Shown here: one piece after another, positions 1-9,943 of the stretch
How positions within the stretch are numbered: position 1 is the first letter of the stretch
How the letters are laid out: every line of letters starts with the position of its first letter
DNA from: Veleropilina oligotropha
Lineage: Eukaryota
Reading direction: 5' to 3'
Assembly (NCBI GenBank): GCA_048128005.1
Contig: JBEUKZ010000118.1
Span: 62,001-111,217, forward strand
DNA length: 49,217 nucleotides
The notes under the pieces: model-generated
Told to the model about the DNA's origin: nothing
Database searches by the model: none
What the model saw: only the letters and a program-made list of their open reading frames with translations
Position numbers and translations under genes: made by a program

Positions 1-1679
1 TCATATTATAAGTTGTTTTCCGATCACGAGTGGGACATCGGTGATTGTATTCCGCCTGACGTTGTATCCCGAAGCGCGTAGCGCTGATGGTTACAACTTC
101 AGGAAGGAATACAATCACCGATTTCAGCGAGTGATCGGAAGACAACAAATTTATCTTACTTTCAAATGAAATAAATGGTCTGAATATTGGCAGTATTTAA
201 TATGAACCGACCCGTCTCTATTTTCCGTCACGACATATTGCAAACATGTGACGTCACGTTGTTTACACACTTGCATTTTGGAATAAATAAACACTGTTTA
301 ACAATAACTAAACTTTTAATATCTATTAATTCCATGCCTTATCCCCTCTATTGTTGTCGTCTTATATAGCCCCCTTACTTTGTCCTTAAATCGACGTAAA
401 AGTTTCCCAGTATATCCGCTAGCCTTAGGTACTTTGTCGAACTTTTCGCAATCCGTAGGTAATTTATTATCCTGTAGATATTCCCTAAATCAAACTGCTG
501 CACATGTGTTGGATTTCTTTGTATTATTCAGAATAATTATTTCCTTCTTCTTGGTTATATCTTCGTGTGTGTTATTGTCAAATCGATTAGATGTCATTGT
601 AAACATCTTAGTCGGGCATGGTTCTTACCAACATCATTGAATAATTTTCACCACTCTGTACAAGTTTTCAATTTGAAAGATAGCCCCAAGACGTTTTTGA
701 AATATAATATGCAGCTGTATATATGACTAGGAACTAAAACATTGAGGGGGACATGATGGTCAACAGGACTTTGAAGGGCCTTACCGGGTCGAATTTTACT
801 ATCAATGGCCCGCGTCGTGGACCTTGTTCCCCAGGGGAATATTTTTTGGCAAATAACCGTGCGAAACACCCTCTCCTGTATTCTGATGATGTAAATGTGA
901 TATTTCTTAACAATATTTACGAATCATTTCATCACTTCATAAAAGGTGAAGGCATGTAATAGCCGCATGCTCAGTCAGCTGTATAATAATTATACTCTCT
1001 ATAATGGTGACTGTCCGTAGATGCAGATATCTCAAGGATATTGTACGTGTGATAAAAGCTATGAACTCAGATATATACTTTAAGCCTCTTGTCTATGAGC
1101 ATCAGTAAAATATTGTGGGGTGAAATACCCCCCTTATTGTATGAAAATCGAACACAATTGCATAAAGTGGGCATAGTTGATCGAGAGCAGATTTTGCTCG
1201 AGAACGGATTTTGATCTAAAATAGACAGTAAAATCAATTCTGGAGATGGTGCACACAGAAACTATGAAGTCGGATATGTACTTTTGAGTCGGTCTAAGGG
1301 CATCAATAAAAAAATGGGGGGGGGGGGGGTAATACCGGTTATTTTATAACAAACTTTGAGCCCGCGTATATAATTTGAGTGCACATCTAAGGGAACTTGT
1401 AAATTTAAGGGCACCTCTAAAAATCTTGAGGGTATTCCCCCCCCCCGGCTTCTACGCCACTGGAAACCCCTCTCCTGCATGGTGAGAGTGCAAACCAAAC
1501 ATGTAATTTTGACAACCTTTATGAATAATTTTCACCAAAGTATTACACCACACTTTTTATCATGACCCAGCCATAAAACCACTGTCGTTTTCAAAAGGGG
1601 TACTAGGGTCAAACTTTCCCAACCTGTGATCAATTGCTCGCGTGGGGTTGGGGCCCGACGCAGAGAAAAAATTTGACAA
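1..1679 (+). repeat. Left arm of a large inverted duplication / composite host repeat (partner about 29350-32329)
   Basis: 1-1644 is colinear with the reverse complement of about 29350-32329 (e.g. ORF 187..369 vs 31587..31769 give near-identical translations). 1631-1679 also matches the reverse complement of the MITE interior at about 47173-47222. The repeat probably continues past the left edge. Confidence 0.9.
12..146. repeat. Imperfect palindrome of about 135 bp resembling Crypton-like non-autonomous subterminal inverted repeats
   Basis: gttttccgatcac..atcggtgattgtattcc pairs with ggaatacaatcaccgat..gtgatcggaagacaac around a gaagcgcgtagcgct centre. The family label is from resemblance only. 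Confidence 0.45.
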
Positions 1680-1962
1680 GCGGCATCCTGAGGTCGCGAT
1701 GGTCGCAAAGGACTTGGAGATGGCAGACGTCACCCTGGGCGAATTTCTGACTAAGAAATTTGCGCTCTGGATCGATATGCGGGTAACTGACGACGATCAG
1801 TTGCACGGGTCAGGCCGGAGGGTCGAGAACGCCAGCGAAGGCATTACTATTCAGATCACTAAAACAGCCGAAGCGGCCGGTCCACTGAACGTCTACGAGT
1901 TCGTGATCATGGACGCACAGCTGAATATCGAGAATGGCCGATTCGTCGAAGCACTGTACTAA
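1678..1962 (+). pseudogene. C-terminal fragment of a putative double jelly-roll major capsid protein
   Basis: KRHPEV...KFALWIDMR..DDQLHGSGRRVENASEGITIQI...VIMDAQLNI resembles capsid C-termini of animal Polinton-like elements and sits directly upstream of the ATPase. Codons 1642-1677 derive from the host repeat. Confidence 0.65.
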
Positions 1963-2566
1963 ACGATTTCCGCACACCAAGGACCCCCACTCCGCAATCA
2001 TCTGCGGCCAGACCGGTTGTGGGAAGACGGTTTTCATGCTTGAACTGCTGGAAGGGGAGTATCGAGGCGTCTTCCGGCATATCGTGATCCTCTGCCCCAC
2101 GATCAAGTACAACAAAGCATACCAGTCTTGTCCGTGGATCTGGACCGACCCTGAGGTGTATTTAGTCCCCCCGGGTGAGCGACTCCATGACTGGCTGCGG
2201 GGGTTCTACCGGCTGTTTCAGGGGGAGTCGACTCTGTACATAATCGACGACTGCGCCGCCAGCAAGGCTATGGCAAAGAAACGGGACATGCTGACTTTGT
2301 TGGCCTTCAGCGGCAGGCATGCTTCCCAGAGCGTATGGGTAGTGACGCAAAAGTACAACTCGGTCTTGAAGGAGCTCAGAGAGCAGACCCGCTGGGTCGC
2401 GCTGTTCCATTGCAAGGACCGCGACAGTTTCGAGGACTGTCTGCGCGAGAATGATGTAATCCCGTCGCAGGATGAACGGACCGCGGTTCGCCGGCTGTTG
2501 TCCGAGACACGACACGCTAAGCTTCTGTTGAAAACTGATCAGCCCGTTGCTTATAGTGTGCTTTAG
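1934..2566 (+). CDS. A32/FtsK-HerA family DNA packaging ATPase
   Basis: Walker A ICGQTGCGKT, Walker B LYIIDD, arginine motif SGRH followed by VVTQKY; about 210 aa. Confidence 0.9.
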   Translation: MADSSKHCTKRFPHTKDPHSAIICGQTGCGKTVFMLELLEGEYRGVFRHIVILCPTIKYNKAYQSCPWIWTDPEVYLVPPGERLHDWLRGFYRLFQGESTLYIIDDCAASKAMAKKRDMLTLLAFSGRHASQSVWVVTQKYNSVLKELREQTRWVALFHCKDRDSFEDCLRENDVIPSQDERTAVRRLLSETRHAKLLLKTDQPVAYSVL

Positions 2567-2619
2567 CAGCTACTTGGCTAGCCCTAACATCTACTTAGCA
2601 GCTACTTAGCTAGCTAGGC

Positions 2620-3378
2620 ATGTCGGACGCGGTATACATAGCTTTTGCTTTCAGCCAGGGCCTGATCTTGTTGCTACTCGTAACGTTGTGGTATTGGCAT
2701 TATCGCTATATTAGACTGGCGAGGAGATGTTGGAAACGCTTAAGGATGGACAGCCTCATCGATCAACTCATGGATGACGAGGAAGAAATGACCGTGAGCA
2801 GCAGCTCACCCCGCTCGACGACCAAACGCTGCTCGCAGCACGAGGAACCTGAAACTGGCTCCATAGGGATGGCAAAGAAACGGGAGAGGCTTGCAGCATT
2901 AGCCGTTGGAGGGGCCCACAGATACATGGGGCGTAACCTCACAGTGGACCGAATCGACGATATGACTGACGACGAGGTTGAGAAACACCACGCACGGTAT
3001 GAAGCGAAGCTAGGTGCTGACATGACGAAGACCCTCGGGGCCGCTGCTATACAGCTGTATGCGGGTGCAGCTGGGATGTTCCTGCCCATTCCACCAGCAA
3101 ACCAGCTACGACTGATCGCCGACCTGGAGGCCGACCCGTTCATCTCACATGCCCTGACCACTGCAAGCTGTGAGCTGTATTATAAATATGGCATGTACCT
3201 CGCACCGCTGACCGCAGCGTTGACCACGGCTAAGCACTGCCAATTTGGACATGTTTGCCCGCCTAAGATACCAGATCAAGATGACAACGCCGGAAGTGGA
3301 CCAAGTGATCGAGAGACAGCCGATCGAGAGCCAGCCGATAGAGAGGGTGACTTCTTCGACGGACTCATCAGTGAGTAA
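2620..3378 (+). CDS. Hypothetical viral protein with N-terminal hydrophobic segment (may start at the internal MDSLID)
   Basis: Open 252-codon ATG ORF in the gene-dense block; TM-like LILLLLVTLWYW; helical core. Confidence 0.65.
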   Translation: MSDAVYIAFAFSQGLILLLLVTLWYWHYRYIRLARRCWKRLRMDSLIDQLMDDEEEMTVSSSSPRSTTKRCSQHEEPETGSIGMAKKRERLAALAVGGAHRYMGRNLTVDRIDDMTDDEVEKHHARYEAKLGADMTKTLGAAAIQLYAGAAGMFLPIPPANQLRLIADLEADPFISHALTTASCELYYKYGMYLAPLTAALTTAKHCQFGHVCPPKIPDQDDNAGSGPSDRETADREPADREGDFFDGLISE

Positions 3379-3772
3379 AAAGGACCCGAAAAAAGTGGCT
3401 GCAGGGAGGGCCGGCGCTGCTGCTCGAAAAGCCAAGCAGGAGAAGCTACTGGCCGCGGTTCGAAAAATGAAAGAAGACCTGAGTGCCCCAACAAGTGTTG
3501 TCGTTCCATCAGAACAGCCCGGGGAGGCGGTTCCAGCCGCAGAAAGACCGTGTGCGCCAGATACACGGAAATCGGACCCATTTAATTGGACCCAGGTAGC
3601 CGTCGCTGCCGGTACGGTTGCGTTGGTATTTGTTGTCTGGAAGACGTCCTCAGAACGCAGCAACCCTGGTCCATCCACACCACATCAACAGCCACCAGAC
3701 GCGGACGCTCGGTGCTCTCGGGCCGCCCCCACTATCGAATTGAAGAAGCAGAACCCTTTTCATATGCAATAG
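3281..3772 (+). CDS. Hypothetical viral protein with basic helix and one TM segment
   Basis: ATG at 3281; KKDPKKVAAGRAGAAARKAKQE basic motif; hydrophobic VAVAAGTVALVFVVW; overlaps the end of the upstream ORF. Confidence 0.65.
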   Translation: MTTPEVDQVIERQPIESQPIERVTSSTDSSVSKKDPKKVAAGRAGAAARKAKQEKLLAAVRKMKEDLSAPTSVVVPSEQPGEAVPAAERPCAPDTRKSDPFNWTQVAVAAGTVALVFVVWKTSSERSNPGPSTPHQQPPDADARCSRAAPTIELKKQNPFHMQ

Positions 3773-3797
3773 TCGCAAACGGTACTAATCAACAGTT

Positions 3798-4037
3798 ATG
3801 ACTACCCCAATCACTGATGGAAAGATGCTCGGCAACGCTGTATACCACGCCGCTATAGTGTCAGGCCTCGCCATAGGCTACGCACGCCTGACAAAGATGG
3901 TATTCAAGGGAGCGAGCCCCAAACTGGACTTCACGGGGTACGATGTCGGGATGGTCGTCCTCGACGTATCGCTCGCCATGGCGACGAAAGACATGCTGAT
4001 CAAGCAAGGCATCATTCCGGCCGATATATTGAAGTAG
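3798..4037 (+). CDS. Small hydrophobic viral protein (79 aa)
   Basis: ATG ORF with two hydrophobic helices, tightly spaced between neighbours. Confidence 0.65.
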   Translation: MTTPITDGKMLGNAVYHAAIVSGLAIGYARLTKMVFKGASPKLDFTGYDVGMVVLDVSLAMATKDMLIKQGIIPADILK

Positions 4038-4068
4038 TGGGACCTTGCTAGATAATCGCAGCATTTCA

Positions 4069-4497
4069 ATGGCTTCCATTGCGATGCTGGTTGGGGGCGC
4101 TCTCGTCAACGCCCTCGCCTTCAGCGGCTCCAACTTCCTCTTCTCGAAGCTACGCAGCTCCGGTGTCGATGCGGAGCGTAAACGCCACGACATTGCTGTA
4201 GAACAGCTCAACGCTGCTCAGACTAAATGGTCACAACAGAGGGCAGAGCGTCTCGACTGGCTGAACGTTGAACTTCGCCGCCAGGGTCATGCCGTTGGCA
4301 CATTCCGGGATGTTGACGCCGCGATCCGTGAGTATGCATTGATCACCGGCAAGAACCTTGACCCCGGCCTGGGGGGTGGCCCTGAGCCCGCCCTGTCTGA
4401 CTACTACACACCGAGCGATGCCCAGAAGGGACGTGAGATCACCTTCATCATCCTGGGGATGGCTGCGACCGGGTTGGTCGCCTACAAGCTCGCCTAA
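4069..4497 (+). CDS. Hypothetical viral membrane protein (hydrophobic termini, central coiled coil)
   Basis: MASIAMLVGGALVNALAFSGSNFLFS...ERKRHDIAVEQL...ITFIILGMAATGLVAYKLA; first ATG at 4069. Confidence 0.7.
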   Translation: MASIAMLVGGALVNALAFSGSNFLFSKLRSSGVDAERKRHDIAVEQLNAAQTKWSQQRAERLDWLNVELRRQGHAVGTFRDVDAAIREYALITGKNLDPGLGGGPEPALSDYYTPSDAQKGREITFIILGMAATGLVAYKLA

Positions 4498-4538
4498 TTA
4501 TTTCCAGTGGACATTTTTTTCGTGTGCCAGGTATAATA

Positions 4539-4760
4539 ATGGGGCTCCCAGAAGAGCTGTACTGCGCTATGCTTGCGGTCGGCTATAGTACTACGTTACT
4601 CGACTGCTGGCGCCGCGACGAAAAGACTATGGTGCGGTTCGCGGTCCTGGTGCTCTCGGGCCCGACCAACCTTTGGGAGACGACTGCGCAGCGACCGGCT
4701 CCGGAAGCTGAAGCCTGTTGGAGACTGATCAGTTTACTGGAATACATTGCTGATGGATAG
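4539..4760 (+). CDS. Small hypothetical viral protein
   Basis: Short ATG ORF filling the gap and overlapping the integrase start; no motif recognised. Confidence 0.35.
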   Translation: MGLPEELYCAMLAVGYSTTLLDCWRRDEKTMVRFAVLVLSGPTNLWETTAQRPAPEAEACWRLISLLEYIADG

Positions 4761-5751
4761 TAAGCTTGCGAGGATGTACTACAGCCCTAAGGGCTACTGG
4801 AAAGGCATTGCCGCGATAAAGAAACTAGCGGAGGCTGCCAAGGCGTCTGAAGTGGAGGCCCGGACATGGCTTAAGAGGCAGGCTATATGGCAGATCTATT
4901 TACCTGCGCCACGGCGGATTCCAAGACCACGGTTTGACGTTACGACGCCGAACGAGGTTCACCAAGCCGATCTCCTGTTTCTGCCCCATGACAAGGTCGG
5001 CCGTAAAACGTACAAGTACGCTTTGACTGTGGTTGATGTGGCCAGTCGCTTTAAAGAGGCTGAGCCTCTGGTCACAAAAGAGGCCAAAGGGGTTGCTGAA
5101 GCACTAGCCCGAATCTACAGGCGGAGTCCTCTTGGCTGGCCGAAACTGCTTCAAGTCGATCCAGGGCGAGAGTTTATGGGCGCGGTTTCCCAGCTGCTGG
5201 CAAAGAATAACGTCGAGGTTAGGCGTGGCCGTGTGGATATCCATCGCGATCAGGGCATTGTGGAGCGCTTCAACCGGACGCTCGCTGAGCGGCTCTTCGG
5301 GCACCAGTATGCAACAGAGATGCGGTTTGCAGAGTCTGCGAAAGAGGGTCAAAGGTCAACTGAGTGGGTCGCCCGGTTAGCAGCTGTAGTTGCGGCCTTG
5401 AATGGGGAAGTGACCAGGCTGACCGGTAAAAAGCCCAAGGACGCCATCAAGGCACCTCGCGTTGCCCAAAAGCCAGGCGCCACTGTTCCAGGCCGACAGG
5501 GGAAGGAACAGAAACTCCCCTCTGACGTAGATGTTCGCTACCTTTACTACGATGGTGAGCTGGAGGGGGGTCATCGCCGTGCTACTGACCCGGTGTGGTC
5601 TCTAAAAGTTTACAGGCTTGGACGCTCCGTCACTAAGCCTGACGAGCCTGTGCTCTACTACTTGCTGGATGGACCACCGCGTGGCTTCGTTCGTGAGGAA
5701 CTTCTCGTGGTGCCTCGTGATACCCAGCTGCCGCCGGTTCTCAGGCGTTAA
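4753..5751 (+). CDS. Retroviral-type (RVE) DDE integrase, Polinton type
   Basis: HQADLL (D), LQVDPGREF (D) and GIVERFNRTL (E), with D-x34-E spacing; uninterrupted frame. Confidence 0.93.
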   Translation: MDSKLARMYYSPKGYWKGIAAIKKLAEAAKASEVEARTWLKRQAIWQIYLPAPRRIPRPRFDVTTPNEVHQADLLFLPHDKVGRKTYKYALTVVDVASRFKEAEPLVTKEAKGVAEALARIYRRSPLGWPKLLQVDPGREFMGAVSQLLAKNNVEVRRGRVDIHRDQGIVERFNRTLAERLFGHQYATEMRFAESAKEGQRSTEWVARLAAVVAALNGEVTRLTGKKPKDAIKAPRVAQKPGATVPGRQGKEQKLPSDVDVRYLYYDGELEGGHRRATDPVWSLKVYRLGRSVTKPDEPVLYYLLDGPPRGFVREELLVVPRDTQLPPVLRR

Positions 5752-8700
5752 CAACCGCAAATCCTCGTTTCCGGTTACATTCCAGACACGTTAAGCGCAC
5801 GTTGTCGCGGGTGTGGCCCCTGCTGTTGTCCACACGGTCGACACTGAACTGCTGTGTGTCCTTCGGGGAATATGCCCAGAGCAGCTCTATGTTGCATGCT
5901 GCGCAGCGGTTGTTTTGGGCCTCTCTGAGCCGCAGGATGTCGTCGACCTTGAGGTTAAACCCCGGGAGTCCCGTTGCCTGGTCCTGGCGTTTGTACGCCA
6001 CAAGCTTTTTCTGGATGGTCTTTCGGAGCTGTTGCTCGGTTTGGGGGGGCCTGTCCTCAGAACCCTCATCCGGTGGACAGGTTACCCGTTCGAGCTGACG
6101 CAGCAGCTCCACCCGGGACACGGCTAGGTAGGCGAGATTACTCCACTGAAGGTAGTCGTCGATGATCCAGACTTTCTGTGGGTCGTGAATCGTAAGACCC
6201 TGGCTCGAATGGATGGTCAGGGCATAGCCCAGGCGCCAATCCGGGGTCAGGATAGCCCGCTCAGCGGCCTCAATGGTGACCTCGACGACGTCGTTCAGAA
6301 CTAGCTCCTCTCTGTCGCTGGTGCCCGGAATGGTTACCATGATGTTCTGTTTTCTGCTGTCCCTGGGGTGGTACAGGATAGGCACCATGGAGTCTGGGAA
6401 GTGCTCCTTGTGCCTCTGGAGCAACAGCTCTTGAGCCCGTTCGCGGACCTTCTGACGGCTTGTGAGGATTAGGTCGCCTGGCTTCCAGGTGTTGACGAAC
6501 CGGTCCCATCCGAGGCAGCTGGGGAGGGTCCGTCGCATCTCGTCGCACTGGACTTTGTCGGGCTGGAGACGTATACGTCTTTTCAGGGCTTGGAGGGCAG
6601 GGTCGTCTTTCGCCCTGTAGTCTACTTCGATCTCTTCATAGTAGTCCGCGGTCTTTCGCAGCCAATCGTGCGGCATCTCGCCCGTAATCGGTGGTGGCTG
6701 GCCTTGATCACCACAGCAGATAACCTGCACTTCGTGGCGGCCCAGCCAGTCCAAGAACATCTCTAGGATGTGCCGGGGAACAGTACAGACCTCGTCCCAG
6801 ATAATGACGCGCGGGATGAACTTCTGACCCATGCGATCAGGCGTCCAGTCGTTCTGGCCGCTCCATCGGAAGAAGCTGTGGTAGGTCTGGGCTTTGACGC
6901 CTCTGGTCCGCATCTCTTTAGCGAGGCGGTGGGTTGGTGTGAACACGACGGGATTCCTTGCCCGAAAGAGCTCGATCGCTCTCGTAGTCTTGCCACAGCC
7001 CCCTCCACCGTTGAGGTAACTCAGGCGATGGTGGGTCAGTGTGTCATTGTAGCATGGCGCGGTGCTCGGCTGGCTGGAATTGGCGGCACAACAATACTCT
7101 GGCTTGGGTAGGTATGCGGCATGTTCCTGTGGCATATACAGCTGTTCGCCCTTGTCACGCCACTGGGCTGGTGCTACTGGCGGAAGGTACGGCTCCGCGA
7201 TCAGACATGAGATGCACGATTGGCTGCGACAGTCGCAGAGTCTGGGGGCAACGTACACCGTGACATCGTCGAGCTTCTCCAACGAGGCCTTCTTGAGGTA
7301 GATGCTGTCCGTGGCTACCCGGACGGCTTCTGCTGCACTGAAACGCTTCAGCATGCTCAAGAGGTTTATGTGTGCATAGGCCAACATGGATGCCCTCAGG
7401 TGGGCGTACTGAGGCTGGGAGCCATCATAGTACGTGAGGATGTGACCGAGGGGGCATCTCTGAGGAGCGCCAACCAGGGTGCCGCTTTGGCGGGTGTCTC
7501 TTACGAGGAAGTCGAGCTCACCCTGGTCGGTCACCAGTCTACGAGTCAATCTTTTGCCATCAGCTTTGGCGCCTTGGGTGAATTTGCCGATGATACTGCA
7601 GCCCTGGTCACGGTTCTCAGGAAGCCAGACCTCGAGTTGCTTTCTGAATGTGATGATAGCTTCTCGGATCTTGAGGCTCTTTAGCAGTCCAGACTCTACG
7701 AGGTAGGCGAGCAGCGGGGTGGGTGCCCATCCATTCTCTGCAAAGTGCTTTCCGAACCATGCTACAATGACGGGGTGGATGTCTTGTGCGAACTCCCATT
7801 CCACGACCTCAGCAAACCCGGTCCCGATATCTTGGGGTAGAGGACCGTTAATTGCGACCCGGGTCATGCTGTGGAGTGGGTGTCCGAATCTTTCGAAATA
7901 GGGCTTAGCCTCGCCCTTCCCCAGAAAGCTTGCAGGGTAGCAGGATTTCATATCGATGCAGCAGACATCGCCCGTGTCGTAATTCATGGAATTCCACAGG
8001 CCGCCGTGGCCATGCTCTACACAGGCCTTCTGGATGTCATCGAGCAGGCCCGCTGGGGTCGGTTTCCAGCCGTTGGTCTCTTTGGCCATAATGCTAGCTG
8101 CATGGTTCACGCCAAAGGCTCGATCGGCTAGGGACTCATTCCCCAGCGCTGTACAGGCTTCTTGGAGTCTCTCGTGAGCCTCTTTTGTCCGGTAAGTGCG
8201 GCCATCTTGCAGCACGAACTGGTCCACGCCGAGCTGTCGGTCTTTACCGCCTAGGAGCCAGACAGCCAATGGCTCATTCTGTGTGGCTTGTCGAATAGCT
8301 TCCCAGACATCGCCCTCATACAGGTGGACCTCTCTACTTTGCGGGAAGTGTAGGTCCTTCGACCAGGCGTGGCCGTTGTGACAGATGAGTTCTATGGACT
8401 TCCACATACTGGCCTGGTATTTCCCACTGTTGTAGATGTCCTCGCCGGCAATGTCTCTCAAGGTGATCGCCCGTTTGAGGATCTTCTCGAGGGTAGCTAT
8501 ATCATCCACAGTGGCGCCTGTTACATGGACTCGCTCTTCCCACTACAGTATTTTCTGCCGCCTTGTCGGGGTGAGTCCGTGTCCTCTAAGGGCACCTTCG
8601 AAGTGCTCAACCACTCGTTGGGCAACGCAGTTGAGGTCGCCGTTCTTCATCGGAACCAGGTTGGCGGGGTTTGGTTCTCTGAGAGGATAGACGCCGTAGA

Positions 8701-9574
8701 CGACTGCAGTGACCGGGTAGGCATTCTCGTAGTAGACCTTGTCGACCCCAGTGATGGCACCCGGCTTAGTGTCCTGAGAGATCTCAAAGACACCCTGGCC
8801 CTTCTTCCTCGCAGCTTTCACCGGGTCAAACTTGTCTTCGACCACCCAGTCACCTTCACCCCACTCACGCAAGAACTTTATTCTAAGGACATACTCGCCC
8901 TTTGGAAGGGCTGTGAGGAGCTGTGCCGCCCTTGCATCTGTCATACGGGCATCCAGGGCCAGCCGTCCAGCCACTTCTACCCTCCATGTGGAGAAAGCCG
9001 CCGCGGCACCATCGACCTCAAACTCGTCTTTGGCGTCGCTCAAGAGTTCCACCCATGGCTCTTTTGCTGGGAGCCTTACTGGGGGAGGGACCTGGTCATC
9101 CAGGTCGATGAATCGTTGTCCCTCGGGTGTGGTAAATTGCCCTAGAAGATCCTTCTGGTAGTCCTGGGCTGTCCGGGGCATTTTGGAGATGAGAAGATCG
9201 GGCCCCTTCCGAGCAATAGCATGGGCAAGGGTCTCTTTCCGAGACCGCTTGACGATTCGATCCGTGATGGCGCGAAGTGGCTTCAGTCGAATCCTGGGAT
9301 TTTTCTCAGCCTGGGATTCGTATTTACGAGCCTGCAGGGCGGCGTCGACCTCGTCCTTAATCTGCCGCAACTCGCGAGCACGTCGGCCTCTTTTGTGGGG
9401 GTTCTCCACATCTCCACGTATGGAGGGGAACCTTCCCGTTTTCATCGCCCGCTCGAGTCTGCTCCGAAACTCCGCAGCACGGACCCTGGCGATTGCCCTG
9501 ACGAGGTCGTGCTTCTTGAGCTTCGACCGAGCGGGAATCCCATAATCTTTCGCTAGATTGCGCAGGTCATCCAT
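5741..9574 (-). pseudogene. Replication polyprotein: HeH + vOTU-like + degenerate pPolB + SF1 (RecD/Pif1-like) helicase + HNH-like finger, with one in-frame stop at 8543-8545
   Basis: ORFs 8543..9592 and 5741..8509 are in the same frame, joined by TAG plus 11 sense codons. PolB motifs IDMKSCYP, CSIIGKF, VATDSIY. SF1 motifs GGGGCGKTT, IIWDEV, CGDQGQPPP, YALTIHSSQGLT, AYLAVSR. C-terminal CAAC...DRVDNSRGH...N...CLECN. Confidence 0.85.
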
Positions 9575-9622
9575 GTTGCTGGGGGGGTACACACTAGGAT
9601 CTTTACTTCTCTAATATGAAAT

Positions 9623-9916
9623 TTACGCGTGGTAAATTGCAGCCATGCGGAGAAACTCTCTCTCGAAGGCCCTTTTCTTTCGTTGCCAGTCCATACCGTT
9701 CTCACTCTTATACCCACAGCCCTTACACAACGTAAGCCGGTTGAAAACGCCCTTCCCGCATTTGCTGCAGGGTTTTGTGCCCCGGCCATTTCGCCGTTGC
9801 CGAGCCAGATGGACTTTGCAATACGTGTTCAGACATCTCTTACCACATAGCTCCGTGGAGCTGATGGTGAGCCATTGACAGGTGTCCGTTCCCCACATAT
9901 TGATAGCGGTTATCAT
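9623..9916 (-). CDS. Small Cys/His-rich putative zinc-binding protein
   Basis: C..C.C..CKVH followed by CSKC...CKGC; co-oriented immediately upstream of the polyprotein. Confidence 0.6.
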   Translation of the reverse strand: MITAINMWGTDTCQWLTISSTELCGKRCLNTYCKVHLARQRRNGRGTKPCSKCGKGVFNRLTLCKGCGYKSENGMDWQRKKRAFEREFLRMAAIYHA

Positions 9917-9943
9917 TGTATATACCAGTCTCTAATAGATATT

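Noticed and set aside
187..959. Conserved small proteins (near-identical ORFs at 31083-31769)
   Set aside because: Similarity is explained by the DNA duplication; no coding signature, and frames break differently between arms.
1..1644. Polinton terminal inverted repeat paired with about 29350-32329
   Set aside because: AT-rich composite of host repeats, visibly diverged between arms, cuts into the capsid gene, and lies more than 18 kb from the last viral gene.
1642..1677. True start of the 106-aa ORF
   Set aside because: These codons come from a host MITE sequence; the GTG start is fortuitous.
5741..8509. Helitron RepHel transposase
   Set aside because: The SF1 helicase is present, but I find no HUH or YxxKY Rep motifs; the upstream domain has PolB motifs instead.
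1810..9556. Numerous antisense and alternate-frame ORFs in the viral block
   Set aside because: Expected shadows of GC-rich coding DNA; no motifs.
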